Positions 61,052 to 64,000 of a DNA stretch of 64,000 nucleotides are shown here, piece after piece. This stretch comes from Candidatus Lustribacter sp. Lineage in GTDB: Bacteria > Vulcanimicrobiota > Vulcanimicrobiia > Vulcanimicrobiales > Vulcanimicrobiaceae. The stretch covers positions 1,312,001 to 1,376,000 of the forward strand of contig OZ255842.1 in NCBI GenBank assembly GCA_965277805.1, written 5' to 3'. How positions within the stretch are numbered: position 1 is the stretch's first letter; each line of letters opens with the position of its first letter. Below the pieces are notes generated by a model, which did not search any database, was not told the DNA's origin, and saw nothing but the letters and a program-made list of their open reading frames with translations. Both the position numbers and the translations under genes were made by a program.

Positions 61052-61891
61052 TTAGGTCGGTTGGGGTGATGCTGACGGCACGTAGGCCGGAGTGGGTGTG
61101 ATTTCCGGCGCCGGCGACGCGGAGGGCGAGGGCGCCGCTGACGGCGACGCGGTTGGTGACGGCGACGGACTCGGCGGCGGCACGCACGGCTGCGGCAGTA
61201 TTTGCGCGTGTAGTCCCTTTGCGATCGTCGTCTCGATCGGGCCCGGTGTGGGGGTCGCAGTCGCTGACGGCGCCGGCGAAGGTGCGGCTGACGGCGACGC
61301 TGCATCGGCGTCCGGCGGCGCTTGACCGGTCGCGGCCGCATCGGGCGTCGCGGTCGCTACGGGGGACGGGGTCGCGCATGGGACGGCCGGCGCGTAGTAA
61401 TGTTCGGTAAAGCCGATCGCGATGTCGCGCTTGAGCGTCTTGCCGAAATAGCTGTCGGGAAACATGTGTACTAGGCGGTTGAGGTAGATCCACGCACGAT
61501 CCTGATTCGCCTTGATCCAGATCTTGCGCTCGACTTGCACCGCCAGAAAATATGTGCGCGCGAGCTGCGGATCGCGCGGGTATTTGCGCGCCCAGTCGTT
61601 CAGCGCGTCCTCCGCCAGCGCGATTTTGTTGACGATATTTTGGTCCGTCGTGTGATCGCCCGACGAGATCGCCGCATCGCGAAACGTATTGTTCATGCCG
61701 AGGAAGCTCATCTTCAGGCGACCGAAGTATTCATCACCCGGGGCGGAGTTCTTGAAGCGTTCGCGTTCGGCTTGTTGCCACTTCGTTAGTTTCGCCGGCG
61801 GCGGCGGCGCCGGCGCCGCGCTCGCTGCAATAGCGGTGACGGCGAGCGCGGCAAAAATTGCGGGCAAAGACGGCTTCACCGGCCGCCTCAT
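61052..61891 (-). CDS. Secreted hypothetical protein with Pro/Ser/Ala-rich C-terminus
   Basis: Signal peptide, helical core (APGDEYFGRLKMS...YPRDP), two Cys, PSPS repeats. Confidence 0.75.
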   Translation of the reverse strand: MRRPVKPSLPAIFAALAVTAIAASAAPAPPPPAKLTKWQQAERERFKNSAPGDEYFGRLKMSFLGMNNTFRDAAISSGDHTTDQNIVNKIALAEDALNDWARKYPRDPQLARTYFLAVQVERKIWIKANQDRAWIYLNRLVHMFPDSYFGKTLKRDIAIGFTEHYYAPAVPCATPSPVATATPDAAATGQAPPDADAASPSAAPSPAPSATATPTPGPIETTIAKGLHAQILPQPCVPPPSPSPSPTASPSAAPSPSASPAPEITPTPAYVPSASPQPT

Positions 61892-62218
61892 TTGAAGCGC
61901 GCGCGCGGCCTCCTGGAGGCCCAAGCGGGCGGTAGCAACGGGGTGTCCCGGCTGGGCAGCGAAGGCAATCGGACGCTTATCAGGAGGCCGTCAGGATGCA
62001 TCGCCGGCACCCGCCCCGGCGCCGGTGGAGCATTTCGTCATGGTCGAGGGCACCGTCACCGGCAAGACGTTCAACGAGCTCACGCCGGGCGCCGCAACCG
62101 GAGGCTTCGGCGTCCGCGCGGCGGCTGAAGTGCCGGTGATCGACGTCATCACGGCCCGTCCGACGCGCTTCACAACGCGCTCTTCATGGGTGCCGGCCTG
62201 AAGTTCTAGCGAGAAGTC

Positions 62219-63166
62219 TTAGCGGGCCGGCGCCCAGATCAGCGACGTCGCTGCGACCGGTGCCTGGCCCGAGTACTTCGCCGCGGTGTTGATCGGCGGC
62301 TGAACCAGCCGCGGCTCGAGCGTCACCGCGTACGGTACGCGGTTCATGCGGTCGACGATCGTGGGATCGAGCTTGAGGTACTTGAGCAGGATCGCGGCCG
62401 ATTCTTTGTGGTGCGCGTTGGCCCAGAGCGCCGTGCGATGCATGACGGTCCCGAAGCGCAGCGCGACGTCGGCGTGCGACGCGAGCCACGATTCGGTGGC
62501 GATCCAGCCGGTGGCTTGATAGCGCGGGGCCACGCTTTCGGCGGCCCGCGCGAGGATGTGCAGATCGCCGGCACCGGCGGTCAAGAACGGCTCGATCACG
62601 TACGCCGCATCGATGCGGCGTTGCGCGATCGCGGCCGACATTGCGGGAAACGGCAGCTCGATAAACTTCACGTCGGCGGACTTGCCGCCGTTCTTGTCGA
62701 TCCAGGCGCGGGTCGCGAAGTAGGTGAGATCGTTGAGACCGCTGACGGCGACCACTTTGCCGTTGAGGTCGGCGGCCTTCTTGATCGGTGAATCTTTGAT
62801 CGTCACGAGCGCCGCGGTCGGCGAGGCGGCGTCGTAGAGCCCGGCCGGGGCGATGTAGAGAATCGGAATGCCCTTGCCGCGCGCATCGGCAACCGATCCG
62901 ACCACCGCGTTCCCGATATCGCCGCCGCCGCCCGCGAGCGCCGCGATGATCGCACCGCTATTCGTCATCGCGGTGATCCGCACGTCGAGACCGGCATCTT
63001 TGAAATAGCCCAAGTCCTGCGCGTAGTACACTTCGGCCGAATTGTCGGCCGGCAAGTTGATGAGGTTGATGATGGCCGGTGCGTCGGCAGCGCGGGTTGC
63101 GGTGGTGACGCCGAGCGTCAAGACCGCTGCCAGCAGCGCAATGGTGAGTCGTCGAGTTGCGATCAT
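62219..63166 (-). CDS. ABC transporter substrate-binding protein (NMT1/SsuA family)
   Basis: Signal peptide, GYFKDAGLDV, ADLNGKVVAV, RIDAA..IEPF. Confidence 0.88.
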   Translation of the reverse strand: MIATRRLTIALLAAVLTLGVTTATRAADAPAIINLINLPADNSAEVYYAQDLGYFKDAGLDVRITAMTNSGAIIAALAGGGGDIGNAVVGSVADARGKGIPILYIAPAGLYDAASPTAALVTIKDSPIKKAADLNGKVVAVSGLNDLTYFATRAWIDKNGGKSADVKFIELPFPAMSAAIAQRRIDAAYVIEPFLTAGAGDLHILARAAESVAPRYQATGWIATESWLASHADVALRFGTVMHRTALWANAHHKESAAILLKYLKLDPTIVDRMNRVPYAVTLEPRLVQPPINTAAKYSGQAPVAATSLIWAPAR

Positions 63167-63169
63167 GTC

Positions 63170-64000
63170 CTACTTTGCGGGTGCCCAGATGAGTGAGTTG
63201 GCCGGAACGGCCGGTTGGCCCGTATACTTCGCGGCGGTGTCGATCGCCGGCTGAATCAACGATTGTTCGAGCGCGAGCGCGTAAGGCGCGCGATACATCT
63301 TGGCCGCGACCACCGGATCGACTTTCAAGACTTTCTCCAAGATCTCGGCCGACTCTTTATGATGCGCGTTTGCCCAGATGGCCGTGCGGTGGATGGCGGC
63401 GCCGAAGCGCAGCGCAACGTCGCCGTGGGAGGCGAGCCACGATTCGGTCGCGATCCAGCCGGTGGCCATGTAGCGGTTCGCAACCCCGGTCGATGCGCGG
63501 GCCAGCAAACGAGTGTCGCCCAAGCCGGCGGTGTAGAACGGCTCGACCGTGTAGGCGGCATCGACGCGATGGCTGACGACCGCGATCGCCATTTGCGGAA
63601 ACGGCAGCTCGACGTACTTCGAATCGGCCGAGTTACCGCCGTTCTTGTCGATCCATCCGCGCGTGGCGAAGTACGTTAGGTCGTTGAGGCCGCTGACCGC
63701 AATGGTCTTGCCCTTCAGGTCGGCGGCGGTTTTGATCGGCGAATCTTTCGCGACGATCAGCGCGGCCGTCGGCGAGGCGATGTCGGACATCCCGGCCGGT
63801 GCCAAAAAGAGAACTGGGATACCCTTGCCGCGCGCATCGGCCACCGACCCGACGACGGAGTTGCCGATGTCGCCGCCGCCGCCGGCGAGTGCTGCGATGA
63901 TCGCGCTGCTATTGGTCATCGCGGTGATGCGCACGTCGAGACCGGCGTCTTTGAAGAAGCCCATCTCTTGCGCGTAATAGACCTCGGCCGAGTTGTCGGC
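63170..64000 (-). CDS. ABC transporter substrate-binding protein (NMT1/SsuA family), tandem paralog, 5' end beyond window
   Basis: Frame is open to the window edge (ADNSAEVYYAQEMGFFKDAGLDV); closely similar to 62219..63166. Confidence 0.88.
   Translation of the reverse strand, partial: ADNSAEVYYAQEMGFFKDAGLDVRITAMTNSSAIIAALAGGGGDIGNSVVGSVADARGKGIPVLFLAPAGMSDIASPTAALIVAKDSPIKTAADLKGKTIAVSGLNDLTYFATRGWIDKNGGNSADSKYVELPFPQMAIAVVSHRVDAAYTVEPFYTAGLGDTRLLARASTGVANRYMATGWIATESWLASHGDVALRFGAAIHRTAIWANAHHKESAEILEKVLKVDPVVAAKMYRAPYALALEQSLIQPAIDTAAKYTGQPAVPANSLIWAPAK

Overview
High-GC bacterial chromosome segment. Gene style suggests Vulcanimicrobiota/Eremiobacterota, but this is inference only. From left to right it holds: an sdhA-sdhB-hdrB-like (type E) succinate dehydrogenase operon; a degenerate GAF-GGDEF gene; a dnaE-hisZ-hisG-hisD-Cof-ftsQ-ftsA-ftsZ-amidohydrolase run; several small genes; an accessory zone (~19.7-24.2 kb) downstream of tRNA-Leu(CAA); a Rieske oxygenase; a 1280-aa APC permease-GH35 glycosidase fusion coupled to an S9 peptidase; an M16 peptidase; a cytochrome c-IorA-IorB-IorB molybdoenzyme cluster; a compact type IV pilus operon with its own SigB/F-type sigma factor, a CcdA/DsbD protein and a TPR protein; nadQ-nadA-nadC without nadB; and HD-GYP, ferritin-like, NRAMP-related, esterase and ABC solute-binding genes. 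The accessory zone contains a 2.7-kb att-bounded islet with a GIY-YIG nuclease and decayed genes, plus a head-to-head pair of small Zn-finger paralogs, one interrupted by TAG. Best candidates for new biology: the permease-glycosidase fusion, the sigma/CcdA-containing pilus operon, the inverted Zn-finger pair, and NrdR-like boxes upstream of ftsA and an SRPBCC gene. All calls come from motif recognition by eye; no searches were run. No CRISPR array or rRNA was seen.
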